From Negaprion brevirostris (taxonomy: Eukaryota), in NCBI GenBank assembly GCA_030324005.1, contig JARDVH010000031.1:71062287-71126286 (forward strand): DNA of 64,000 nt. Direction: 5' to 3'. Position 1 is the stretch's first letter, and each line of letters opens with the position of its first letter. Below are positions 49,421-60,132 of the stretch, piece by piece. A program made the translations under genes and the position numbers. Under the pieces are notes generated by a model, which saw only the letters and a list, made by a program, of their open reading frames with translations, was not told the origin of the DNA and did not search any database.

Positions 49421-50578
49421 CACTGTGTTTTATGTATATATACTGTAACAGCCTGGTGTAACAGAATATTAGTGCTTTACATGTACAAACGTATGTGAAC
49501 TATATCAAGCAGTAGTACGTAGTGTGTATGTCCGTTGTAACTTTGTTATGCAGTGATACATTGTACATTAGTGCACAAATAGCAGCATTTTGTAAAAGTG
49601 CATTATCCATACGCACATGATTAAAACAAAAAGTAAAAGGGAAGTGGAATAATATTAGAAGCAGTGAGTCAGTCTGGGAACTAAAATACCAAGTGCACGT
49701 CACCCATGAACAGAAAAACGTGTGTTTGAATCATTGTCCTGATTTTCTCACTTGGCCTCAACCTGGAGGACGAGTTTTACCAGTTTTGGTGCTGGTTCAC
49801 CTGTGGGAGAGAAGGGCTCAAGTGGCTTCTAAAGGGAATCTGGTCCCAATTAGCTGACATGCTGCTCCTTGTGTTATGCTGAGGAATGGGATTCATAACA
49901 TCTGTCGAAATATTTACAGGCTGAACTGTCCCACCTTCTGACTGAAATGGAAAGTATGCACATGGATGACTAATATGGGTGAGGGAAGAGAAGAGGGAGG
50001 AAAGAAAGCCAGAGGAAAGAAAATGATTAGAATAAGTGAGTGACAAAAAGTTATGAGTTCCGTGAGAACCGTGTACTCCACGCTGCACAGTATAACAAGC
50101 TGAAACTGATTGCTTGTTTGAGAACATTTAACTTGCTTTCAGAAAAAAAGCTCACAATTCTGAAAAGTCGAACTTGTGATACCTCTGCTACAAACATACA
50201 TTAACTTAGAAGTATGAATTCTGACCACAAATGAAACTGCTTTCACTAAGTCAAATGTATTGAATAGCAAGATGAAAAATAAATTCAAAAAGTCCCGCTT
50301 CAGAATCAACAGTTGATGATATATATATTTAGATATAACTACATATCAGGTGACTGAATTAAAATGAAAATGCTTTCAAATTAAAATACAGATTGGTTTG
50401 CGCACGAACCAAGCTTTCGCTGGCTGAAATATTTGAAATTGCATGTGAAAGTTTGAGTTGGAGGAGTAATGGGATTGCTGTAGCAGATGGAGCAGAGAGC
50501 ACAGAACTGAAAAGCTTTGCAATCTCTCAGTTTCAGTTTGTCAAAGTTAAAACTGTGAACACATTGAGTTGTGGGAAC

Positions 50579-50835
50579 TTTTTTTTAGTTGTTCATGGGA
50601 CGTGGGCGCTGCTGGCAAGGCCAGCATTTAATGCCCATCCCTAATTGTCCTTGGAGATGAGTTCTGTTCAGGAACTGCTGCAGTCTTTGTGCTGTGGATG
50701 CACCTATAATAATGTCAAAAAGGGAGCTCCAGGATTTTGACTCAGTGATGACAAAGGAATGGTGAAATAGTCCAGATGGTGTATGATTTGGAGGAGAACT
50801 GGAGATTGTGGTGTTCCCATGTGCCCTTTACTTTC
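50579..50835 (-). mobile_element. CR1/L2-group LINE 3' end
   Basis: gttcatgggacgtgggcgctgctggcaaggccagcatttaatgcccatccctaattg. Confidence 0.8.
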
Positions 50836-50840
50836 TGTTC

Positions 50841-51151
50841 TCATAGAATCATAGAATCCCTTCTGCCCATCAAGTCTACAACAACTCTGAGAGAGTATCT
50901 TACCATACCCTATCCCCTGTCCTATTCCTGTCATCTCATACATTTTCCATTGCTAATTAGATACATCGTGGCAACTTAGCATGGCCAATCCACCTAACCT
51001 GCACATCTTTGGACTGTGGAAGGAAACCAGAGCATTCAGAGAAAACCCCTGCAGACACGGGGGGAATGTGCAAACTCCACACACTCACCCAAGCTGAAAT
51101 TCAACTCGGGTTCCTGGCGCTGTGAGGCAGCAGTGCTAACCACTGTGCCAC
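50841..51151 (-). mobile_element. HE1 V-SINE
   Basis: (catagaat)n tail, agcatggccaatccacctaacctgcacatctttggactgtgg, tRNA head. Confidence 0.8.
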
Positions 51152-51324
51152 TCATGGGTGTGCGGTATCACATTCCAATGTCTCCCCCTGTGGAGAGCTC
51201 TTAATCTCAGTCACACGGCATGGAATAAAGGGTGCTGATTGGAAGGGGATGGCAGAAGACTGTCCCAAGAGACCAGTTTAAATTAAATCATTTTTGCAGG
51301 AAAGATTTCATGTTTAAACTAAAA

Positions 51325-51990
51325 CAAGTGGATGTGAAGGCACTGGAGAGGGTACAGAGGAGACTCACAAGACTAATTCCAGGGATAAAGGCTCTTACAT
51401 ATGAGCATAGATTGGAGAGCTGGGACTGTATTCCTTGGAAAAATGAAGGCTGAGCTGAGACTTGATAGAGGTTGTCACGTTCCTGAAGGTTAATGGACAG
51501 GTTAGGTAGTGAGAAACTGTTCCCATTCGAGACAACACCCCAGGGATAAAGGCTCTTACATATGAGCATAGATTGGAGAGCTGGGACTGTATTCTTTGGA
51601 AAAATGAAGGCTGAGCTGAGACTTGATAGAGGTTGTCAGGTTCCTGAAGGTTAATGGACAGGATAGGTAGTGAGAAACTGTTCCCATTCGAGACAACATC
51701 AAGAACTGGAGGGCACTGATTCAAAGTAATTGGCAAGAAGTAACGTGAGAAAAGCTTTTTTTCATGTAAAGGGTGGTTGGAGTCTGGAACAATCTTCCTG
51801 AGAGGATTGTGGAGGCAGTTTCGATTGAGGTGTTGAAAACGGAATTGGATTATTATCTGAAAAGAAGGAATGTGCGAAGTTATGGGGCTGAGGCAAATTA
51901 GTGGGACCTGATAGAATGCTCTTTCTGAGAGACAGTGAAGGCTGAATGGGCCAATGGCCTGTTTCTACATTGTAAAGATCCTGTGAATCT
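51325..51990 (+). mobile_element. CR1 LINE 3' end with an internal tandem duplication
   Basis: DVKALERVQRRLTRLIPG; CR1 tail at about 51940-51990. Confidence 0.85.
51379..51700 (+). repeat. 161-bp tandem duplication
   Basis: ccagggataaaggctcttacatatgag starts at 51379 and at 51540; about 4 differences between copies. Confidence 0.9.
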
Positions 51991-52089
51991 TTGAAACATA
52001 AAAAGTGAAAATGCTGGAAAACCTCAGCCGGTCTCAGCTCAGCCTTCATTTTTCAAAGGAAAACAGTCCCAGCTCTCTAATNNNNNNNN

Positions 52090-52400
52090 GGGCAATTTTC
52101 AGCTTGTGTCCACCATCAGAGAGAATGGTGATACACACTGAAAATCTAGGGGGAATCTGAAAACTCAATTCTCTCAGGAGAGATTCCAATTTCCCCACCA
52201 GTGATGTAGCGAGGTTCATGCCCAAAATCTTGACTTTATGTCACGTTGGTAAGGTTTATACCAGGTTCATCCAGATGTGAATCTGTTGTGGGAATCTCCT
52301 GGGGGGTATAAAAGTGAGACTAGCCCCTAGGGCAGAAGGATACAGCCGGACATTGTCCTGGCATTGCCCCCAGCGCAGGTTAGCACTGCAAGGTTGGCAT
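52090..52400. mobile_element. Harbinger-like non-autonomous element, left part
   Basis: Starts gggcaattttc right after a gap; resembles 26515. Confidence 0.4.
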
Positions 52401-52789
52401 TAGCAATAATGGTTACTTCTGTGAAGGTTGTAGATTCCTGCCCCAATAAGAATTCAACACCTTCAGCAAAGAAGATGATAAAATTCGATCGGAAATGGGG
52501 GAAAATATCATTTAGGATATTTAAAAAAGGAAATTGTCAAATCAAGAGGTTGCTCAATCCAATCAGGAGATGAACAGGGCCATGCATGAAGCAATCAAGT
52601 TTTTATTCAGAGTTGCAAACCTCAAGAGTTCTTCCTTTTAGAACAATTCAGTAAATAGTTGACATTTCAATAAGATTTACTTTATCCTATTACGCAGGAC
52701 ATAACTGGCACATCATAGTGTGCCACATACAGATTCACATCCTGTCATGGGTCAAGGGTCATGTAGTGGAATGATCTTGTCTCATGTTT

Positions 52790-52920
52790 GTCCCAAATGT
52801 TCTTGGTCATGTGTCCCAAATATCTTATGTGACTGCGTGTCAGATTTTGTTCGCTAATACTCCTGTGAATCTCCTTCCGAAGTTTCACACCATTAAAGCT
52901 GTTATATAAAAGCAAGCTGT
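52790..52920 (+). mobile_element. L2 LINE 3' tail
   Basis: Reverse complement of 45946-46080. Confidence 0.6.
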
Positions 52921-53082
52921 CCTTAGTGTCTTTGAGTGCCACACTCAAACAAGCTTTGGAAGTTTGTGATAGTGGCTTGATTTTCCCTCCCTCCCTGTGT
53001 GTCTTCCTATCGATCCCATCAATGAAACACTGGAAATGAAATGGGAAAGTGTGGATGAAAACCTGTGTCTTATTTATTTAAA

Positions 53083-53392
53083 CATGGAATCCCTACAGTG
53101 CAGAAGGAGGCCATTCGACCCATCGGATCTGCATCGACACACTGACAGTGCATTTTACCCAGGCCCTATCTCCATAAGCCCACAAATATATCCCATTAAT
53201 CGCCCTAACCTACACATCATGGGACACTAAAGGACAATTTAGCATGGTCAATCAATCTTAACTGCACATCTTTGGAGGAAATCGAAGAAACTCATACAGA
53301 CACGGGGAGAACATGCAAACTCCGCATAGTCACCCAAGGCTGGAATTGAACCAGGGCCCCTGAGGCAGGAGTGTACTACTGCCTCAGTGCCC
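53083..53392 (-). mobile_element. HE1 V-SINE
   Basis: gaatccctacagtgcagaaggaggccattcg tail; gacacggggagaacatgcaaactcc V-domain. Confidence 0.85.
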
Positions 53393-53645
53393 ATATAAAT
53401 ATTAAGATAGAAAGAGACCATCAGGTCCATTGAACCAAATCAGTCCATCAATAAGAACAACAAGGCAGAAAGCCTGTGGTCAATTCAATCAAAGCTGTGA
53501 GGATTTTTTCTCATACACATCTGTGATATATACATGTAGAAGCTGATCTCACTTCTGAGAGTGATGACACCAAACAAGCAAATACAGACTGCTGAAGGAT
53601 ATTTTAGGGCAGAGATAGGTAAGAAAAATAGGAAGGACCGAGGAT

Positions 53646-53860
53646 ATAAGAACATAAGGAATAGGAGCAGGAGTAGGCCATCTAGCCCCTCGAGCCTGCC
53701 CCGCCATTCNNNNNNNNNNNNNNNNNNNNNNNNNNNNNNNNNNNNNNNNNNNNNNNNNNNNNNNNNNNNNNNNNNNNNNNNNNNNNNNNNNNNNNNNNNN
53801 NNNNNNNNNCAATCTTCCGGCACTTCCCCGGAATCCAGCGACATTTGGAAAATAATCACC
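53646..53860 (-). mobile_element. Young CR1 LINE (interior in a gap)
   Basis: Tail near-identical to 19307; IIFQMSLDSGEVPED at the far side of the gap. Confidence 0.85.
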
Positions 53861-54122
53861 AAGATATGAAAGGATTTAAACATTTTGATGTGAATTTTAC
53901 ATATGAGGCATTGGGAACAAATGTAGAACAGTGAGGCATGGAAGCGTGTTTAGATATAGGCAGCAAAAATGTAGTTGTGTTGAAGTTTAGAAAAGGTGGA
54001 ATGCAGAGGAAATGGAAGCCTACAGTTTTATATATATTGGATTCCTGAATTTGGTCCCTTGACCATTGAACAAATGCTCCCCTGCTCACCCCTTAAACCC
54101 AAAAGCCCAACCTAGCCTCCAT

Positions 54123-54460
54123 GAGGAGGTGATAGCAATGTGATATTGTCATTGGACTAGTCCTCCAGAGATCCAGGGTAATGTCCTGTGGATCTGCCTT
54201 CGAATCCCACTATGGCAGATGGCGGAATTTGAGTTCAGTTAAAATCAGGAATTCAAAGTCTACTGATGACCGTGAAACCACTGTCGATTGTTGTAAAAAC
54301 CCATGTCCGTCAGGAAAGAAAATCTGCCATCTTTACCTGGTCTGGCTTGCCACAGCAACGAGATTGACTCTTAAATGGCCTGGCAAGCCACTCAGTTCAA
54401 GGACAAATAGGGATGAGCAACAAATACTGGGTGTGCCCATGAATGAAAGAAACAAAAAAA
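54123..54460 (+). mobile_element. SlmI/MetaSINE-like SINE
   Basis: ttcgaatcccactatggcagatgg...gaaatctgccatctttacctggtctggc...gaatgaa plus A-run. Confidence 0.8.
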
Positions 54461-54489
54461 TGACCAGGATTTCTTTTTCAAAAGCCCAT

Positions 54490-54587
54490 GGCCAGAAGTG
54501 AGGACGGGAGAATATGGCAGTCAGCCAAATCTCTGTACACCGCGGCGGGACCAAAGATCTGGCGTGATCGGCCAGAAAATTCTGGCC
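54490..54587. mobile_element. MITE, 98 bp, TSD CAT
   Basis: TIRs ggccagaa / ttctggcc; CAT at 54487-89 and 54588-90. Confidence 0.75.
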
Positions 54588-55048
54588 CATGTGTCTTAAA
54601 GAATAATAAAGATGCGGTGCATTTTCAATACTTTTTAGCATCCCAGGAATCAGTGTCTGTTCGCTAAAAGGTAATGCTAATGGTTGGTAACATAATCAGA
54701 TCAGAACAATTGAACTCTTGCCTCATAACTCATTGGCAGCCATCTGTTATCGGACATTTACTCCATCTGTACTGCACCTGACTGATCCAAGGTGATCTTG
54801 CACTATCATTCTTCCTGTCAGAGTTCTCTGAATGCAGTTGATAACTGTCTGCCGCCTAAGAAAAATAACACTTTATTTTGATAAAGCAAAATGTGCTGCG
54901 CTGTGTTTTGCAGGTTGTGATGTTCGAAGGGGATTTACCAGCCAAGTACAAAGCTTAGGATGTGGTACTGAACGGTGGAAAAGCAAATGCCTGAGACAAA
55001 GACTTTTGCAGCCTTTTGCTTGAATTGCTGCTTCATGGCAATACTCAC

Positions 55049-55117
55049 TTGTGTGTTATATTTTTTCAAACTCTTCAGCGTTTTTTTTTCCAGCAAAATT
55101 CCGCAGAGCCCGGTGAT
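55049..55117 (-). other. Candidate internal exon (69 nt) of an unidentified minus-strand transcript
   Basis: Acceptor ...ctgccctgtttccggtactttcttcag| and donor CAA|gtgagt; phase-0 frame open (ITGLCGILLEKKTLKSLKKYNTQ), stops in the other two frames; peptide not recognised. Confidence 0.3.
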
Positions 55118-55199
55118 CTGAAGAAAGTACCGGAAACAGGGCAGGCAGCAGGAACGTGGGCAAATTGTGTTTTGAACGTTCCCACAAATGAATTTTGGA

Positions 55200-56438
55200 C
55201 CTGACTGAGGGCAAAACTGCTCTTTTACATGGACAGGTGCCTCTGTGAACCATGACTATGCAAGGTGCAACCCTGCAACCCCCCCCAACTCTGTTCCCAC
55301 CCCTGCAGAAATGGTGGTGGGTGGGCTTGGAGGAAGGACATTTGGAATCAGACCTCCAGTGCCATTTCAGATACGCCAGAGACCCTCTCTGTCCAACCTT
55401 AACTCTCATGTCATTGAACTGAGATTGGGCTGGATTTATCACTCCAGGAGTGGGGAATAGATGTTGGCAGTGTTTCCAGGTCCTGAATTCTATCCCCAGT
55501 GGGAAACAATCACTGAGCTGTGATTTACCCTGGGGTGGCCAGAGACCAGGTTCACTGTCCAAATAAGGATAGCAGGCAGGATCTCAAATCTGAGGGCCAA
55601 TTGAACACCTCTCAGTTTACAAATTTTAATGGAAGGTAAATAAGCACTACAACATGGAAGTGGCCATCTCTTCATCTTTTCAAAATATTTATTTAAAAGA
55701 AAAATGATTCAGCAGCTAGGCCATGACTGTGGGACAGCAGGGATGTATGTGGTTTGGAGGCTGAGCTGGGGGAGGATTGGGGATCCTTCTACAGGGCAGC
55801 CTGTTCCAGCTCCTGCACCCTGGCATGCAGAGAGCGTCTATAGGCCTGCTTGAAGTTCTGGCCCACTAGGCTGGGTGGCATGGTGGCACAGTGGTCAGCA
55901 CCGCTGCCTAACGGCGCCCAGGACTCAGGTTTGATTCCCGACTTGGGTCACTGTTTGTGTGGAGTTTATATGCTTCTCCCTGTGTCTGTGTGGGTTTCCT
56001 CAGGGTGCTCTGCTTTCCTCCCACAGTCCAAAAGACTTGCTGGTTAGGTGCATTCTCCCTCAGGGTACATGAAAAGGCACGGAGTGTAGTATCTAGGGGA
56101 TTTTCACAATAGAATTATTGCAGTGTTATTTTACATGTACTTGTGACCAATAAATAAACTTTACCTTATTTTTACCATTGGGTTCCTACCTTCTGGCATT
56201 CAAACTGGCCCCAAACCCATGCAGGAACCTGGAGGATGCATGGAAAATTCCATTTGACTTCCTTGAGTTGGCCTCAATTAGGCTGTTAATGAGTCTGATT
56301 GGTCACATGTCACATGAGGGCACCTAACTATGCCAGCCCCCAATCAGAGGTGGGTCAGAGATAGGAAAGCCACATATTGGCCAGTTTGAGCCCCATCCGC
56401 CTCTGACCCTGGCCCTGGCAGGGGCTGAAAATCCAGCC
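55200..56438. mobile_element. Long Harbinger-like non-autonomous element (left end unresolved)
   Basis: Right TIR ctgaaaatccagcc; GC-rich interior like 32320; interrupted by a V-SINE. Confidence 0.5.
55873..56165 (+). mobile_element. V-SINE, alternative-tail subfamily
   Basis: tggcacagtgg A box; V-domain; tail ttgcagtgtt...acttgtgaccaataaataaacttt. Confidence 0.85.
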
Positions 56439-56554
56439 ATTAGACTTATTTCTCTTTCCACAGATGCTATCTGGCATTTTCTCCATTGTTAAAAGAAAAC
56501 TTGCATTTATATAGTGCCTTTCATGACAACAGAACACTCACAGATAATGATATA

Positions 56555-56699
56555 GAAGCAAAATACTGCAGGTGCTGGTAAATCTGAAACAAAAAAAACA
56601 GAAAGTGCTGGAAGTACTCAGTGGGTCTGGCAGCATGCATGGGCTGGAGAGAAAAACAGTTTTGAGTTGAATGTGATTCTTCTACAGCCTTGAAATGTT
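56555..56699. mobile_element. Penelope-like terminus (family A), inverted pair with deleted middle
   Basis: agcaaaatactgcaggtgctgg...gggtctggcagcat, then cttGAAAtGTT from the opposite-orientation copy. Confidence 0.65.
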
Positions 56700-56775
56700 A
56701 GGTGGGATTTTCTAGCTGCGATTGCCCGAAAATCCCGCCCGAGGCCAACGGACCTTTGCATGGTCTGTGTCCTGT
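56700..56775. mobile_element. MITE (Harbinger-like), left half
   Basis: aggtgggattttc TIR; aaatcccgcccgaggccaacggacc is the reverse complement of the 40083 body. Confidence 0.7.
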
Positions 56776-56782
56776 CTGCTAT

Positions 56783-56898
56783 GATTTGCACATTCTCCTC
56801 ATGTCTCCGTGGGTTTCCTCCGGGTGCTCTGGTTTCCTCCCACAGTCCAAAGATATGCGAGTTAGGTTGATTGGCCATGCTAAAATTGCCCCTTAGTG
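56783..56898 (+). mobile_element. HE1 V-SINE middle part
   Basis: gtgggtttcctccgggtgctctggtttcctcccacagtccaaagat. Confidence 0.8.
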
Positions 56899-57185
56899 NN
56901 NNNNNNNNNNNNNNNNNNNNNNNNNNNNNNNNNNNNNNNNNNNNNNNNNNNNNNNNNNNNNNNNNNNNNNNNNNNNNNNNNNNNNNNNNNNNNNNNNNNN
57001 NNNNNNNNNNNNNNNNNNNNNNNNNNNNNNNNNNNNNNNNNNNNNNNNNNNNNNNNNNNNNNNNNNNNNNNNNNNNNNNNNNNNNNNNNNNNNNNNNNNN
57101 NNNNNNNNNNNNNNNNNNNNNNNNNNNNNNNNNNNNNNNNNNNNNNNNNNNNNNNNNNNNNNNNNNNNNNNNNNNNNNNNNNNNN

Positions 57186-57330
57186 AAGGGACAAACCAGA
57201 TCCAAGCTAACAAGACAAGCATATACATCCCATCCTGGGCTTGACCTAACAAGATCCAAGCTGGCAGCATGAGGCATTACACACCCTCAGGTTTGATCTA
57301 AGCCTCATCTTAACCAAAAGGCTGAGATGA
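57186..57330 (-). repeat. Unclassified repeat with a U2 snRNA 5'-like head
   Basis: Minus-strand TCTCAGCCTTTTGGTTAAGAT versus U2 TCTCGGCCTTTTGGCTAAGAT (19/21), followed by two diverged ~50-bp units ending agcttggatct. Confidence 0.5.
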
Positions 57331-57917
57331 CTTTAAAAAATTGCATCAGGTAAAGCCCCAGTTTATCCTCATTGGCTACCTAGAACAGGCAAACCATTAT
57401 CGCAGGTAATAGCACTCCCCAAGTGCAATGGTCTAGCCATGTCCCTTGTCTGATCATGGCTTCACCCCTGCCAGTACGACAGAGCAACCAATTTGTGCTC
57501 AGCTAGTTCCCACAAACTGTAACGTGGCAGTCTTTTTCTTAATGGTCTCAGTTAACAAGACCAAACTTTGAAGTGGCAATGTGTTCGCTAAATCACCTCA
57601 CTGTCCAGTACCCCATAGTTTGGTAAAATCCAAACAACATGAACGTTTATACCTGTCAAAAATTGATGATAAATAAATTAACTTAGAGTTAACCTTGAAT
57701 TGAAAAGTCCTTTTCTGCATGTTTTAAAGATCTCTCTTTTTATTTTGCTCTGTGGTAGTGTGCTCATCNNNNNNNNNNNNNNNNNNNNNNNNNNNNNNNN
57801 NNNNNNNNNNNNNNNNNNNNNNNNNNNNNNNNNNNNNNNNNNNNNNNNNNNNNNNNNNNNNNNNNNNNAGACAGAAAGAAAGGAAGCTGCCAAGTCCTAA
57901 TTGATCTGACTTGCATT

Positions 57918-58115
57918 ACAAAGATGTGTGGGTTAGGTTGCTAAAAAACTGCCCCTGAGTGTCCAGGGATGTGTAGGTTAGAGGGATTAGTGGGTACAAT
58001 ATGTAGGGACATGGGGGTAGGGCCTGGGTGGGATTGTGTTCGGTGAAGACTCGATGGGCCGAAGGGCCTCTTTCTGCACTCTAGGATTCTATGATGATCT
58101 ATGATGATCTATGAT
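57918..58115 (+). mobile_element. HE1 V-SINE 3' half
   Basis: caaagatgtgtgggttagg...gactcgatgggccgaagggcctc...(gatctatgat)n. Confidence 0.8.
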
Positions 58116-58163
58116 TTAAATTGCCAGCACCATTGGGCCTTTTTTATTCATCATATCAGGATT

Positions 58164-58641
58164 AAGACCCAAAGACCATAAGATATCGGAGCAGAATTAG
58201 GCCATTCAGCCCATCGGGTCTGTTCCGCCATTCAAAATAGTCTGATAAATTTCTCAACCTCACCCATTCTCTCACCTTTTCCTTGTAACCTTTTATCTCC
58301 TTACCAATCAAGAACCTACTTATCTCTGTCTTAAATACACTCAATGACCTGGCCTCCCCAGTCTCCTGTGGCAATGAATTCCACAGATTTGCCACCCTCT
58401 GGCTGAAGAGGTTCCTTCTCATCTTGGTTCTGAAGGCTCGTTCCCTTCACTCTGAGGCTGTGCCCTTGGATTCTAGTCTCTCCTACTAATGAAAGCATTT
58501 TCCCCACATAAATTCTATCCAGGCCTTTCAGTATTCTGTAAGTTCCAATGAGATCCCTCCCCCATCCTTCTAACCTCCATCAAGTGCAGACCCAGAGTGC
58601 TCAAACGCTACTTATACATCAAGCTTTTCACTCTCGGATCA
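58164..58641 (-). mobile_element. CR1 LINE 3' end
   Basis: ORF 58162-58422 reads MRRNLFSQRVANLWNSLPQE...SVFKTEISRFL. Confidence 0.9.
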
Positions 58642-59394
58642 GAATTGTCTGTTTTGAGGAAATTTGACATATTGCTGTGAGATGCACAGAAATAGGCCTT
58701 CACTCAGAAGATGGTAAGATCTACAGGAGAACAATTGAGCTAATGTCACATTTCTTTTGGCTTTGACTATTCCTATGTCTCTGCTCCTTGTGATGCAGTA
58801 CGTTAAAAAAAACATATATTTAACTTACGTGTTTCGCCCTTAAGGTCCAGATGCTATCCTATAGCATTAGACTTAAAAAAAAACAGATTGCAGTTAAAAC
58901 CTGTTAAACTTATGTTCAGTTTGACCAGTTTTTATCCTTTTTCCTGTCTTTGGTCTATTAAAGGATATGCAAGAACTATTGTTGGTACTTTTCTACTGTG
59001 GGCTAGGCATGAGGTTAGGATAAGGGTTTAGGCACTCAGCCAAACAGACAGGTACAGATTTTGCTATTATCTGCATTAATGGTGAAACAGACTAGAGGTA
59101 CTTTTCCTCCATGTCCATGTACCCTTGTTCCCTGCTCAGCCAATTAAAAATATATGCTGTTTGCACTTTTTTTGCAAATACATAAGCATACAAAGCAAAA
59201 CAAAAGTTATCTTCATTTTGTGAAACATAACAAAGGGATCACAGTATTGGGAAATGGAGTACTTTTTCACACATTTAATAGCGACTACAATGTCAGCCTG
59301 TTCATACTTGGGTTGTATTACACTGATGCATTAGTTCAGTCTGAAATATCAAATAAAAACGTTTACAACTGCTTTGCACGTAACATGTACCCTT

Positions 59395-59860
59395 ATTACA
59401 TAGAAACATGTAGAATCTTACAGCAAAGAGACATGTTTTTCAATCCAACATATTGATGCCAGTGTTTATGCTTCATACTAGCCTCCTCCCATCTTACTAC
59501 ATCTCACCATTTCAATATAACCTTTTATTCCTTCCTCCCCCATGAACTTATCTGGCTTCCCCTTAAATGCTATTTCTCTCAACTACTCTATGTGATAGTG
59601 CTTTCCATAGTCTCACCAATGTCTGGGCGAAAGTGCTCCTCCTGAATTCTTTAATAGTTTTAATAGTGGCTATTTTACATTGATAGCTACTGGTGTTGGA
59701 CTCTCTCACGTCTCTACATCTACCTTACCAAACCCATTCACAATATTACAGACCTCTATCAGGTTACCTCTCAGTCTCTTTTCACTACAAAAGAGACTGA
59801 GAGGTAACTTCAAAAGATTGCTTCAATCTTTCCTGATACCGTTATCCTCTCATTTCTAAT
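59395..59860 (-). mobile_element. Old CR1 LINE 3' end
   Basis: catagaa tail; collinear with 22650; gacctctatcaggttacctctcag encodes LRGxLIEV. Confidence 0.7.
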
Positions 59861-59929
59861 TCTGATAGGATTTTGTTAGAATAATAATGTTAAAGGATGT
59901 GGTCATTTCACTTTTAGATTTGTAACTAA

Positions 59930-60132
59930 TAAATTTTCCAGCCCTTCTCACCGGTGGGGTCTTCTGGTCCTGCTGAAGTCAACCCTTGCTGTGGGTTCCC
60001 CATCAGTGGGACGGGCAAGGTATGCAAATTGCAACCTGACTTTGGTTGCACCAGATGATCCTGCCAGCGGCCAATGATGAGATACTTTTGTCGCCGGAAA
60101 ACTTGCCGCTGGCGAAGGGGCTGCAAAATTCT
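59930..60132. mobile_element. Palindromic MITE (Harbinger-like)
   Basis: aattttccagcccttctcaccggtgg ... ccgctggcgaaggggctgcaaaatt inverted ends; central tgcaacc...ggttgca. Confidence 0.65.

Noticed and set aside
54914-54958. Plus-strand acceptor followed by VVMFEGDLPAKYKA*
   Set aside because: Too short to evaluate and has no upstream partner exon.
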